Shown here: one piece after another, positions 8,637-18,700 of the stretch
How positions within the stretch are numbered: position 1 is the first letter of the stretch
Layout of the letters: each line of letters opens with the position of its first letter
Assembly (NCBI GenBank): GCA_964623465.1
Contig: CAZURZ010000002.1
Coordinates: 1-59,390 of the forward strand
Source of the DNA: an uncultured Elusimicrobia bacterium
Lineage (GTDB): Bacteria > Elusimicrobiota > Elusimicrobia > UBA1565 > UBA9628
Length of the DNA stretch: 59,390 nucleotides
Direction: 5' to 3'
Notes under the pieces: generated by a model
Database searches by the model: none
What the model saw: only the letters and a program-made list of their open reading frames with translations
Told to the model about the DNA's origin: nothing
Made by a program: the position numbers and the translations under genes

Positions 8637-10814
8637 TTACATCAAGAACAGCATCTCGCGATACTTCGGCACAGGCCACGTCGCCGCGGGCATCAGGAGC
8701 TCGAGCGCGTCCACCTCGGCGCGGATCGTCTCGAAGTACGGCTTGACCTTGTCGCAGTACGCGACGGCCTTCTTCTCCACGTCGGAGAGGGCGTCGGCCT
8801 TGGCGAGCTCGGCCTTGAGGCCCTCGACGCCGGTGAGGGTCTTCTCGACCTTCTCGGCGACGGAGCGCAGCAGCGAGGCCTGCGCCGGGGCGCTCACCCC
8901 GTTCGCGGAGAGCGCCGTGAGAGTCTTGGAGAGCTCGTTCTGATACTCGACCGCGGCCGGAACGAAGAGCGTGGCCGCCATCTCGAGCATCAGCTTCGCC
9001 TCGATGTCGACGTCCTTGACGTACTTCTCGAGCAGGATGTGATAGCGCGAGTGCGACTCCTCCTCGGTGAGCACCCCGAGCTTGGCGAGCAGGGACACCG
9101 AGCGCTTGAGGGCGAAGCCCTTGAGCGCCGTCGGAGTCGTCTTCTCGTTCGGGAGGCCGCGCTTCTTGGCCTCGACGACCCACTCCTCGGAGTAGCCGTT
9201 GCCCTCGAAGCAGACGGCCTTCGACTCGGCGTAGTACTGGCGCAGGACGGTCGTGACGGCCTCCTTCAGGGTCTTGCCCTTCTTGAGGAGCGCGTCGATG
9301 TCCTTCTTCGTCGCGACGAGCTGGGCCGCGACGATCGAGTTGAGCACCGACATCGGGATCGCGTTGTTGGCGGACGCGCCGACCGCGCGGAACTCGAACT
9401 TGTTGCCCGTGAACGCGAACGGGGAAGTCCGGTTGCGGTCGGTGTTGTCCTTGAGGACGGCCGGGATGTGGTTGATCCCGAGCTCGATCCACTGCGGGTC
9501 GGTGCCCTTGGTGACCGCGCCCTTCTCGAGGTCGTTGAGGACCTTCGTCAGCTGGGCGCCGAGGAAGATCGACATGATCGCCGGAGGCGCCTCGTTGGCG
9601 CCGAGGCGGTGGTCGTTGCCCGACGAGGCGATCGACGCGCGCAGCAGCAGGGCGTGCGTGTGGACCGCCTTGATGATGGAGACGAGGATCGTCAGGAACT
9701 GCAGGTTCTCGTGCGGCGTCTCGCCGGGCGAGAGCAGGTTCTTGCCCGTGTCGGTGCCGAGCGACCAGTTGTTGTGCTTGCCGGACCCGTTGACGCCCGC
9801 GAAGGGCTTCTCATAGGTCAGCGCGGCCAGGCCGTGACGCTCGGCCACGCGCTTCATGATGTCCATGACGAGCTGGTTGTGGTCGACGGCGACGTTGGCC
9901 TCTTCGTAGACCGGGGCGCACTCGAACTGATGCGGCGCGACCTCGTTATGCCGGGTCTTCAGCGGTATGCCGAGCTTGTACAGCTCGCCCTCGAAGTCCG
10001 TCATGAAGGTCAGGACGCGATCCTTGATCGCGCCGAAGTAGTGGTCCTCGAGCTGCTGGCCCTTGGGGCTGGCCGCGCCGAAGAGCGTGCGGCCGGAGAG
10101 GACGAGGTCGGGGCGCGCGTCGTAGTACTCCTTGTCGATCAGGAAGTACTCCTGCTCGGCGCCCAACGTCGCGACGACCTTCTTCGCGTCGCTCTGGAAC
10201 AGCGACAGGATGCCGAGCGCGGCCTTGTCGAGGGCCGCGATGGAGCGGAGCAGCGGCGTCTTCGTGTCGAGCGCGTGGCCCGTGTAGGAGACGAAGCAGG
10301 TCGGGATGCACAGCGTCGAGCCGCCCTCGCTCTCGAGGATGAACGCGGGCGACGTCGGATCCCAGGCCGTGTAGCCGCGGGCCTCGAAGGTCACGCGCAG
10401 GCCGCCGGACGGGAAGGAGGACGCGTCGGGCTCCGCCTGCGTCAGCATCGCGCCGGTGAACTTCTCGAGGACCTTGCCGTTGCCGGTCGGGTCGATGAAG
10501 GCGTCGTGCTTCTCGGCGGTCGCGCCGGTCAGCGGCTGGAACCAGTGGCAATAGTGGGTGGCGCCCTTCTGCATCGCCCACGTCTTCATGGCCGAAGCCA
10601 CGGCGTTGGCGGAATCCAAGTCGAGACGCTCGCCCTTGGCGGCGGCGTCCTGGACCTTGCGGAAGGTCTCCTTGGGAAGGAGCAGCTTCATCGTCTCCAA
10701 TCCGAACACGTTGCAGCCGTAGTAGTCGGACACCTTCGGGGTCTTCGAGGCGGCGGGGCGGGCGGCCTTGGTCTTGGCGGTCATGTCGACAGCTCCATGG
10801 CGTCTGGGGGTCAT
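8637..10814 (-). CDS. glnN: glutamine synthetase type III
   Basis: A protein of about 725 aa with a typical GSIII N-terminus (KVSDYYGCNVFG) and catalytic core. ATG at 10814 has GGAGG just upstream; alternative starts lie at 10826 and 10784. Confidence 0.9.
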   Translation of the reverse strand: MTPRRHGAVDMTAKTKAARPAASKTPKVSDYYGCNVFGLETMKLLLPKETFRKVQDAAAKGERLDLDSANAVASAMKTWAMQKGATHYCHWFQPLTGATAEKHDAFIDPTGNGKVLEKFTGAMLTQAEPDASSFPSGGLRVTFEARGYTAWDPTSPAFILESEGGSTLCIPTCFVSYTGHALDTKTPLLRSIAALDKAALGILSLFQSDAKKVVATLGAEQEYFLIDKEYYDARPDLVLSGRTLFGAASPKGQQLEDHYFGAIKDRVLTFMTDFEGELYKLGIPLKTRHNEVAPHQFECAPVYEEANVAVDHNQLVMDIMKRVAERHGLAALTYEKPFAGVNGSGKHNNWSLGTDTGKNLLSPGETPHENLQFLTILVSIIKAVHTHALLLRASIASSGNDHRLGANEAPPAIMSIFLGAQLTKVLNDLEKGAVTKGTDPQWIELGINHIPAVLKDNTDRNRTSPFAFTGNKFEFRAVGASANNAIPMSVLNSIVAAQLVATKKDIDALLKKGKTLKEAVTTVLRQYYAESKAVCFEGNGYSEEWVVEAKKRGLPNEKTTPTALKGFALKRSVSLLAKLGVLTEEESHSRYHILLEKYVKDVDIEAKLMLEMAATLFVPAAVEYQNELSKTLTALSANGVSAPAQASLLRSVAEKVEKTLTGVEGLKAELAKADALSDVEKKAVAYCDKVKPYFETIRAEVDALELLMPAATWPVPKYREMLFLM

Positions 10815-10937
10815 TCTTCCCTCCATTCGATTTGTGCGGCGGTTGGCGGATTATCCCGGGGCGGCTTGTATCGCCGCCTTCGGGCCTCCTCCGTCGAGGA
10901 AATTGTAGGAATCTTGCTCCTCTAAAGTCCAGGGTGC

Positions 10938-11006
10938 CAGGGTCCTAGGACGGGTCCCAGGAAAATCCGGGCCATAAATCGCGGACCGTCTTGGGACCTG
11001 GGACCC
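10938..11006. promoter_or_regulatory. cluster of GGGACC(C)/GGGTCC(C) repeats and palindromes in the divergent glnN / giant-gene intergenic region
   Basis: CCAGGGTGCCAGGGTCC, the perfect palindrome GTCCTAGGAC, and GGGTCCCAGG (10952-10961) inverted with CCTGGGACCC (10997-11006), which is preceded by TTGGGACC. Confidence 0.35.
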
Positions 11007-11045
11007 GTACGGATTCCAAAGCTTCGCGCGTAGAATCTCTGCACC

Positions 11046-14000
11046 ATGAACCTCAATCGCTCCCTGTTCGGCCGCTTCGTCGCCTCCCTGCTCTCCTTCA
11101 TCCTGATCCAGACCGCGCCCGGCCTCGGGGTCTACGAGGTTCTCGCCCAGGTCCGCGCCAACGCAGGAGCCGCGACGGGCGCGAATCCGGTGATCACTCC
11201 CCTCTCCCTGCGCATCGATCTGCCCGCTCCGGCCGGCGCCGTGAATCCCCTCAACGCCCCCGGCCTGGCCCCCTCCTTGTCAGCTCCCGGCCTGGCTCCC
11301 GTTCCCGTCGTCCCCGTCGCCGCTCCGAAGCACGGAGCCGTCGTGACGATCCCCGTCTCCGCCGTCCCGCTGTCGTTCCGCTCGCCGCTGCTTCCCGCGG
11401 CCGCCAAGGCCGTTTCGCAGGACGCTCCCGCAGCGAGGGGATCCGCCGCCTCCGCCCTCACCCGGGACGTCCAGGCCGTCGTCGACGCGCCCGCCGCCAA
11501 GACTCCGTCTTCCGCCCCGGCCGCCCTGCTCGGCGCCCTCGGCCGCGTCTTCGACGGATCCTCTATTAAGGGAAATCTGGACGTCGTCCTGCCCGCCGCG
11601 TCCGCCGGCGACGCGTCACGCCCCTCCGCGCTCGAGCCCGCGCGCGCGCCCGCCGCCTCCGCCTCCGACGAGGTCCCCACGCCCCCCTCCGCCCCCGGCG
11701 CGCCGCAGGCCCCGAAGAAGTCCAAGGTCTCCGTCGGCCTCGCGCTCGCCGCCCTCGGCGGAGCCGCGGCGTGGTACACCACGGCCTGGGCCGCCGCGAC
11801 GATCGGCGGCCTGCTCGCTCCCTGGGTCGCGATCCCCGCGCTCGCCTTCACCTTCGGCTGGCCCGCGCTCGGCGTCCTCGCCGGCTTCGCGGCGTTCTCC
11901 GTCGAGACGTGGACGGGCTTCCCCGCCGCGCTCAAGGACTCGGCGGTCTCCGCCGGCCGCATGACCTTCCGCTTCTGGGGCCGCTTCGGCCTGATCTTCG
12001 ACTCGGTGATCCGCGGCAAGTCCGCCGATGAGGCGATGAAGACGGAGCTCTCCGCCAACATCCTGACGTATCCCGTCATCGCCTGGCTGTTCGTGCTCGC
12101 CGGCTACGTCATGGCGCCCGTCGCCTTCGTCCTGGGCGCCGGCTACCGGCTCGTCGGCACGCCGTTCCTGGCCGCCTTCCGCGGCGCGCGCGAGGTCATC
12201 GTCGGCTTCCTGCCGTGGATGGGGCGCGTGTTCCGCTTCCTCGGCAAGCTCGTCGTCCGCATCTTCCCCTTCATGGGCGGCCTGATCTGGGGCGCGCTCA
12301 AGGGCGTGTTCGTCTCCGCCGCGGCCGGCGCCGTGATCCTCGCCGGCCCGATCGCGCGCGACGCCTTCGAGCACAGCTCGTACAAGCCCGCGACCGTGCC
12401 CGGCTGGCTCGGCTACCGCCTGACCCAGCTCGCCGCCTTCGCCGCGACGCTCGTGACGGGCGCCGCCGGCGCCGCGATCGGCCTCGCCTCCGGCCTGCTC
12501 CACGCCGTCATGTACGCGTTCCACATGGCCTTCCAGTGGGCCCGCTTCTCCGAGGGCGCCGAGACCTTCTTCAAGCGCTGGGTGCGCTCCATCGAGAAGG
12601 ACGGCGCCTTCGAGGCGCTCACCGAACGCCGCTTCCCCGCGGCCCCCGCCGGCCTCACGCTCGCCGGCCGCGTCGCCCGCGTCCTCAACGGGACCCTGAT
12701 CGCGGCCTACACCGCCTTCTTCATCCCCTTCGTCTCGTTGGCCGCCTTCGTCCGCGCGTCCTACGCCGCTTATAAAGGGATCGAGGCCGAGAACGCCGAC
12801 ACGAACCCGAACCGCAAGGAGGACGAGGGCGCGGAGACGAAGGTCGAGCCGCGCGCCGGCGCCGTCCTCCCCGCCGCGCTCGCCCTCCTCGGCGCCGCGG
12901 CCCTCGCGGGCGCGGCCGGCTACCTGCTGATCCTCCCGCTCACCTTGGCCAACATCGGCCTGCTCGCCGCGGCCGCCGCCGTCGGCGCGACCGCGGGCCT
13001 GGCGCTCTCCCAGCCGCAGGCGTGGTCGGGCTTCTTCGGCGCGATCGCGTCCGACGCCCGGCTGACGGGCGCGCAGTCCTTCGGCGGCTGGCTCGACGCG
13101 GGCGCGCGCACCGGCGCCGCGCTGAGCGGCGACGCCGTCCCCGCCGCGGGCGCGAGCAAGCTGTGGCTCGCGCTCCCCGCGCTGTTCGGCGGGATCGCCG
13201 CGGCCGTGTCCGCGGTCCTCGGCGGCCTCCAGGGCGCCGCGGGCAAGTACGTCGCCGCCTCGTGGGCGGGCTTCATGGCCGTGATCACGCAGTTCCTGCC
13301 GGCGCTCAAGCGCTTCTTCGAGCGCGCCCTCGAGATCCTCAAGAACGTCGTCCCCTGGTCCGCCGGCTTCGTCATCGGCTTCATCGGCGGCGTCCTGCGC
13401 TCGGGCTGGTGGTTCGCGCCGAACCTGTTCCTGCCGCTCGCGTCCGCGCTCGAGCGCGAGGACGGGCGTCGCCGCGATCCGCGCGAACGCCGCGTCGAGA
13501 TCGCGCTGGCCATGACCGTGATCGCCCCGCTGGCGATCTTCGCCGTGGGCGTCGGCGTCGCCGCGGCGGTTTTCGCCGGCGGCTTCGTCTTCGGCGCCAT
13601 CGTCGGGCTGCCCGTCGCGGTCACGCGCGGCCTCGCCAAGGGCTCGCGCTGGGCCGGGACTTCCCGCGAGGACTACTACCGGACGTGGGAGAGCCGTTCC
13701 CTGCCCCGGGCGCTGAAAGAGGCTCTCGCCGTCGCGAAGCCGGCGCTCTCGGGCGAGGGCCGCGAGTCGGCCGGCTGGCGCGTGATCGTGCGGACTTTCA
13801 ACTGGGCGTTCGCGGTCGTCCCCACCGCCCTCGCGCTGGCGATCGCCGGCGGCAAGGCGTACCGCGCCTCGCTCGAGGACGCGAAGCTCGAGTCGAGCGC
13901 GAAGCCCGCCGGCACGCCGTCCGAAGCGGCGGCGCAGGCGCCGGCCGAAGCCGCCGATGAAGCGCCGATCCCGGACGGGAACGCCGCCCTCGCCGCGGCC

Positions 14001-15257
14001 CTCGGCGCGATCGGCCTCGGCGCCGGGGTCACGGCGGCGATCTTCCTCGCGCCGGGCTGGCTGGCCGGCCTCGCCGGCTGGAAGCTGTGGGCGCTGGGCG
14101 CCGCGGCCTACGCGGGCGTGCCCGCCGCCGCGACGGGCCTCGGCCTGGCCGCCTCCCAGCCCGCGCTGTGGAAGCGCCTGATCCCGGGCGTCGTCTCCTC
14201 GGTCCGTTCCGGCTGGACGCTCTCCTACGACTACTGGCTCGCCTCGGGCGAGGCCGCGGGCGCCCGTCCGCTGTACGCCCTCCCCGGAGTCCTCTTCGGG
14301 CTCGTCTTCGGCGCCGCCGGCGCCGCTTACGGGGCGCTCGAGTCGATTCTGGACGCCGCCTACCGCGGCGCCGGCCAGGTCGTGAGAGAGATCCTCCCCT
14401 TCCTGCGCTGGGTCTGGGAGACCGCGGAGCGGATCGCGCGCCGCATCTTCCCGTTCCTGTTCGGCCTCGCCGCCGGCCTCGTCTCCGGCGTGGTCGGCGC
14501 GGCCGCGTTCGGCGCGCTGCTCCTCGGCCGCCCGTACTTCAAGCACGTCGTCGCCGATGACTTCAAGCACGAAGGGGCCCTGGGCTTCCTCGGCAACGTC
14601 TTCCTGAAGTTCGTCGCGCTGGTCCTGGGCGTCGTCTTCGGCCTCGTCGGCGTGCTCGCCGGCGTGATCGCGGCCGCGCCCTACGCCCTGACCGCGATGG
14701 TCTCCTTCGCCTTCCGCTTCGCCGAGATCGGCGGACCGGCCGGGAAGTTCTTCGACCACTGGACGTACGGCTCCTTGCGCGCCGAGCTCCAGCGCCTCAA
14801 CCAGCTCACCGACAAGCTGGAGATCCCCGAGGGGACGCCGGCCATCGCCGACGGCTGGATCCGCATCGCCAACATCCTCCCTCTGACGCTCGCGGCGACC
14901 ATCGCCGGCACGTTCGCGGGCTGGATCGGGTACTTCCGCAGCGTCGGCGTCGCCTACAAGACCGCCAAGAGCGGCGCGCCCATCCCCGAGCCGGTCGTCG
15001 ACCGCGAGGCGGGCCGCCGCTGGGACTCCACGTGGCGCGCGGCGAAGAGCGCCGCGGGCTCGTTCCTCGTCTGGGGCCTCTTGGGCGGCGCCGTCGGCCT
15101 CGGCCTGTGGGCGCTGACGTCGTGGACGCCGCTCGGCCTCGCGGGCTGGCTGCTCGTCGGCGCGGCCGCGGGCGCGGGCGCGGTCCTCGCTCTCGGCGTC
15201 GGAGCCGTCATCGCGGCGATCGCGCTGGTCCTCTGGCTCGACGCGCAGCTGCGCTGA
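11046..15257 (+). CDS. giant (1403 aa) polytopic membrane protein with three internal ~370-aa repeat modules; unknown function
   Basis: N-terminal hydrophobic helix, a Pro/Ala-rich leader, then dozens of Gly/Ala-rich TM helices. A recurring motif appears three times: FLPWMGRVFRFLGKLVVRIFPFMGGLIWG, FLPALKRFFERALEILKNVVPWSAGFVIGFIGG and ILPFLRWVWETAERIARRIFPFLFGLAAG. Third positions are G/C-biased. The antisense ORF 11616..15434 is Arg/Gly/Asp junk. Confidence 0.7.
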   Translation: MNLNRSLFGRFVASLLSFILIQTAPGLGVYEVLAQVRANAGAATGANPVITPLSLRIDLPAPAGAVNPLNAPGLAPSLSAPGLAPVPVVPVAAPKHGAVVTIPVSAVPLSFRSPLLPAAAKAVSQDAPAARGSAASALTRDVQAVVDAPAAKTPSSAPAALLGALGRVFDGSSIKGNLDVVLPAASAGDASRPSALEPARAPAASASDEVPTPPSAPGAPQAPKKSKVSVGLALAALGGAAAWYTTAWAAATIGGLLAPWVAIPALAFTFGWPALGVLAGFAAFSVETWTGFPAALKDSAVSAGRMTFRFWGRFGLIFDSVIRGKSADEAMKTELSANILTYPVIAWLFVLAGYVMAPVAFVLGAGYRLVGTPFLAAFRGAREVIVGFLPWMGRVFRFLGKLVVRIFPFMGGLIWGALKGVFVSAAAGAVILAGPIARDAFEHSSYKPATVPGWLGYRLTQLAAFAATLVTGAAGAAIGLASGLLHAVMYAFHMAFQWARFSEGAETFFKRWVRSIEKDGAFEALTERRFPAAPAGLTLAGRVARVLNGTLIAAYTAFFIPFVSLAAFVRASYAAYKGIEAENADTNPNRKEDEGAETKVEPRAGAVLPAALALLGAAALAGAAGYLLILPLTLANIGLLAAAAAVGATAGLALSQPQAWSGFFGAIASDARLTGAQSFGGWLDAGARTGAALSGDAVPAAGASKLWLALPALFGGIAAAVSAVLGGLQGAAGKYVAASWAGFMAVITQFLPALKRFFERALEILKNVVPWSAGFVIGFIGGVLRSGWWFAPNLFLPLASALEREDGRRRDPRERRVEIALAMTVIAPLAIFAVGVGVAAAVFAGGFVFGAIVGLPVAVTRGLAKGSRWAGTSREDYYRTWESRSLPRALKEALAVAKPALSGEGRESAGWRVIVRTFNWAFAVVPTALALAIAGGKAYRASLEDAKLESSAKPAGTPSEAAAQAPAEAADEAPIPDGNAALAAALGAIGLGAGVTAAIFLAPGWLAGLAGWKLWALGAAAYAGVPAAATGLGLAASQPALWKRLIPGVVSSVRSGWTLSYDYWLASGEAAGARPLYALPGVLFGLVFGAAGAAYGALESILDAAYRGAGQVVREILPFLRWVWETAERIARRIFPFLFGLAAGLVSGVVGAAAFGALLLGRPYFKHVVADDFKHEGALGFLGNVFLKFVALVLGVVFGLVGVLAGVIAAAPYALTAMVSFAFRFAEIGGPAGKFFDHWTYGSLRAELQRLNQLTDKLEIPEGTPAIADGWIRIANILPLTLAATIAGTFAGWIGYFRSVGVAYKTAKSGAPIPEPVVDREAGRRWDSTWRAAKSAAGSFLVWGLLGGAVGLGLWALTSWTPLGLAGWLLVGAAAGAGAVLALGVGAVIAAIALVLWLDAQLR

Positions 15258-15261
15258 CGGC

Positions 15262-15705
15262 GTGTTCGCCCTCGGACACGCCGGTCTGACCGCGGCGGCC
15301 GCGCGGCGGGTCGATCCGGACGTCGACTGGCGCTGGGCGGCCGCGCTCGCGCTGGGCCCGGACCTCGTGGACAAGCCGCTGGCCCTGCTGGCGCCGTCCC
15401 TCGCGCACGGGAATACCCGCGGACTCGGCCACACGCTGGCGTTCTCCGCCGCGGTCCTCGCCGTCCTCTTCGCCTGGAAGCGCTCGCCGAAGGCCGCCCT
15501 GGTGCTGTGGGCGTGCTGGTCCGGGCACCTGCTCTTCGACCTGATGTGGCTCGCCCCGAGCCGCGCGATCCTGTTCTGGCCGCTGCTCGGCGGCTTCCCG
15601 ACGCCGGTCCGCGGTCCGTTCTGGAGCCCCCTGACCGTCTACAACCTCGCCGGGGAAGCCGCCGGTCTGTGGTGCCTCGCGCGCCTGAGCCGCGCCCCCC
15701 GCTGA
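15262..15705 (+). CDS. membrane-bound metal-dependent hydrolase-like protein (YdjM/DUF457-like)
   Basis: GTG lies 5 nt after the giant-gene stop. Small polytopic protein with conserved His/Asp positions (LGHAG, DLVDKPL, GLGHTL, GHLLFD). Confidence 0.45.
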   Translation: MFALGHAGLTAAAARRVDPDVDWRWAAALALGPDLVDKPLALLAPSLAHGNTRGLGHTLAFSAAVLAVLFAWKRSPKAALVLWACWSGHLLFDLMWLAPSRAILFWPLLGGFPTPVRGPFWSPLTVYNLAGEAAGLWCLARLSRAPR

Positions 15706-15711
15706 CGGGCC

Positions 15712-18700
15712 TTACTTCAGATAGGACTCGAGGTTGCGCAGGCGGAACGCCGCGTCGCCCTGATCCTTCGGCCGCGAGAGGACGATGCGCATGCCGCCGT
15801 TCTTCTCCTGCCAGATCGAGGCCCCGCCGAGGCCGCGCTCGTCGCCGTCGTACTCGAGCCTGAGCGTCAACGGGGCGGTCTTGCCCGAGGCGCGGCGCGC
15901 CTCCCCCATGCGGCGCGCCATGTCGAAGAACGCGCCGTCGCCGTACGCCCCCAACAACGGCGCCCACTGCTCGTCGGCGACCGCGATCGTGAAGCCCTTC
16001 GGCCAGGCGGGGTCGAGCGTGAGCTCGGCCAGGCGGGCCCGGCCGAGCGCGGTCAGGCGGGCCGCCAGAACCCGGTCTCCCGCGGCGAAGTCCTCGATCG
16101 CCGCGCGCTTGACCGCGGCGACGCCGCTCGACATGCGGTCGCGGCGGCGCGCGTCGAGCTTGCGGAAGGACGAAGCGATCATCTCCACGCCGAAATCCCC
16201 CGCCTTGCGGCCGCGGTCGACCGTGAGGCGGTCGAGCTCCTCGGCGGCGAGCATCATCTGGATGGTCGCCATGTTCATCTCGCGGCGCAGGAGCTCGCCG
16301 GCCCAGGAGGCCATCTCGGAGACCGCGCGGGCGGCGGCCTCGCCGAACGCCGCGCCGAGCGCGGCGGAGAGCTCGCCGCCGAGGCGCTCGCTCAGGAACC
16401 GGCGCATCTGCTCGGCGCTCGCCCCTTCGGGAGGGAGCAGGTTCTCGAGATCGGCGCCGTACCGGGCGCGCAGCGCGTCCGCGGCCGAGGCGGGCAGGGC
16501 GTCGAACACCGTCGAGACGACGCGCGGCCGGTCGTAGACGCCGGACGCGACGAGGCGGTCGATGGCCGGGGCGAGGCGGCGGTCGAGCTCGTCCTGCAGG
16601 CGCTCCTGCCCCAGCGCGACGAGGCGCGCCGTGATCATCTCCGGCGTCACCGGACCGTCCGGCATGTCGAGCCGGTCGGCGGCCATGCGCAGCAGCCAGG
16701 GCTCGGCCTCGCCCGCGCGCACCGGCGCCAGCGGCGAGAGGCGGCTGTTGAACGCGCCGAAGGCCGCGAGGAGGACCGGAGCGTGGGTCTTGAAGGAGAT
16801 CGTCTTGTCGAGCACCGGGATGTCGACCGTCTGGGTCTCGTCGAGCGCCGTGAGCAGGGCGCGGCGCCCCGCCGAGATCGCCACCGCGTTCCAGGTCTCC
16901 TGGTCGCCGATGAGCCTCAACACCTCCACGGCGCGGCCGGCGTCGGCGTGCAGGTCGGCCAGAAGCTCCTGGCGCGTCGCGCCGTCGCGCGCGCGCTCGA
17001 GGAACCGGTCCATCGCCGGGCCGAGCGACTCCGAGATCATTCGGCGCAGGCGGCGGTCCGCCTCCGACGCGGCGGGCGCGACGCGCAGCATGACGTCGGC
17101 CAGCACGGCGCGCTGCTCGCCGGTCAGCGGGAGGGCGCTCATGCGGTCGATCAGGGCGCCGGCGGCCTCCGGCCCCAGGCGCCCGAGGGCCAGCGACAGC
17201 GCGTTCATGCCGGCGTCGATCTGCGCGGCGGCCGCGCCCGTGTCGATGAGCCGCACGAGGTCGGTCGCGCGCTCGGCGGCCTGGACGCCGTCGGAAATCG
17301 CGTCGGTGACGACGCGCGTCGCCCCGGGCAGATAAGGCCGCATGACCTGCCCCTTGGTCTCGTACTCCCCGCCGAAGAGATGGTCCACCGTCAGGTTCGC
17401 GCCGCGCTTGCCGTCGAGGTCGACCGTCAATCCCGCGATGATCGCGTCGGAGTTCAGGTCGGCGTTGCCGTACTGGATCTTGTCGCGCTCGTAGGCGAGA
17501 TAGGCGCGCGTCCGGTCGGACAGCTGGGCGTCGACCTGCAGGCGCGCCTTGTCGCGCTCATATTCGATTCCGGGTCCGCTCTCGCGGCTGACGGAGGCGC
17601 GCACAGCGATCGGCACCCGGCGCACGCTCGTCATCAAAGCGGCCTCGCCCTGCGTGACCGTCGTGTCCGCGTTGTAGCGCTGGCCGACCGAGACGCTGAA
17701 GCGCGCGTCGTCCACGCCCGGAACGCGCCCCCACAGAGCGGTCGTCCAATGCGGGGCGTTCTCCAGATTCACGCCGGCCTTCACCCCGCCCTCGCCCATC
17801 AGCTCCTGGTAGACGCGGTTGCCGACCGGCGAGATGTTCTGCATGACGCCGCCGAACACGCCGAGGAACAGCTCGTCGCCCGGAAGGCGGATGCGCAGGC
17901 CGATCGACTCGTCGAAGGCCTGGTTGGGCGCGAGGTGCATCATCTTGGTCAAGCTCGTCACGCTCCAGCCGACGTCCACCGGCCCGCCGAGGTGGTAGGC
18001 GCGCCCCATCTGCGCGAGCAGGCTCGCCACGACGATGCCCTGAGCGCGGTAGGCGTCGTCGTAGGACAGGCTCTGCCGGATCCTGGCGACGTCGTCCGCG
18101 GGCGCCCCGAGCGAGACGGCGAGGTCGGCCAGGCGGCCGACGCGCGGGTCGGGTCCGTCGTGGAAGAAGCGCGCCTTGAGGTCGACGTAGGCGATCTGCG
18201 CCTTGACGCGGTAGTCGACCCACGACTTCGGGTCGCTGTCGACCGCCTTCGTCACGTTGACGTAAGGGCTCGGCATGAGCAGGCTCGAGCGCCCGTCGAT
18301 CCCGAGCTGGCCCACCTCCAGGCTCAGCCCCGTCTTCGGATTGGTCACCGTGACCGAGCGCACCGTCTCGTTGCGCACGCGCGCGTCGAAGACGAGCTCG
18401 TCGCCGGCCCGGGCCCGCTCTCCGAGCGCGGCGGTCCCGTCGAAGACGCCGTCGAGCACCGCGCGGGCCCGGGTGAAGTCCTCGGCGCCCATGGGCTTTC
18501 CGTCGGCCCGCTGGATGTCCACGCCGACCGGCACCGCGAGCCCGCGGGCGCGCAGCGCCGCCTCGCGCTCCTCGACCAGGCGCTGCCCGTCCGGGGTCAG
18601 GAAGCCCTTGGCGTCGACGTACGCCTCCCAGCCCTGCGGCTTGATGAGACGGATCAGCTCGAGGCGGCGCAGGCGGGAGCGCTCGCCGGCCTCGAGGTCG

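Noticed and set aside
10827-10960. Sigma54 (-24/-12) promoter upstream of glnN
   Set aside because: The only TGGCAC on the glnN strand is not followed by a GC dinucleotide at the required spacing (it reads TGGCACCCTGGACTT), so no credible GG-N10-GC element exists.
11616-15434. 1272-aa minus-strand ORF antisense to the giant membrane gene
   Set aside because: The translation is Arg/Gly/Asp/Glu-rich low-complexity sequence with no TM, signal or domain logic. This is typical of a GC-rich antisense frame, and the plus-strand frame gives a coherent repeat-containing membrane protein.
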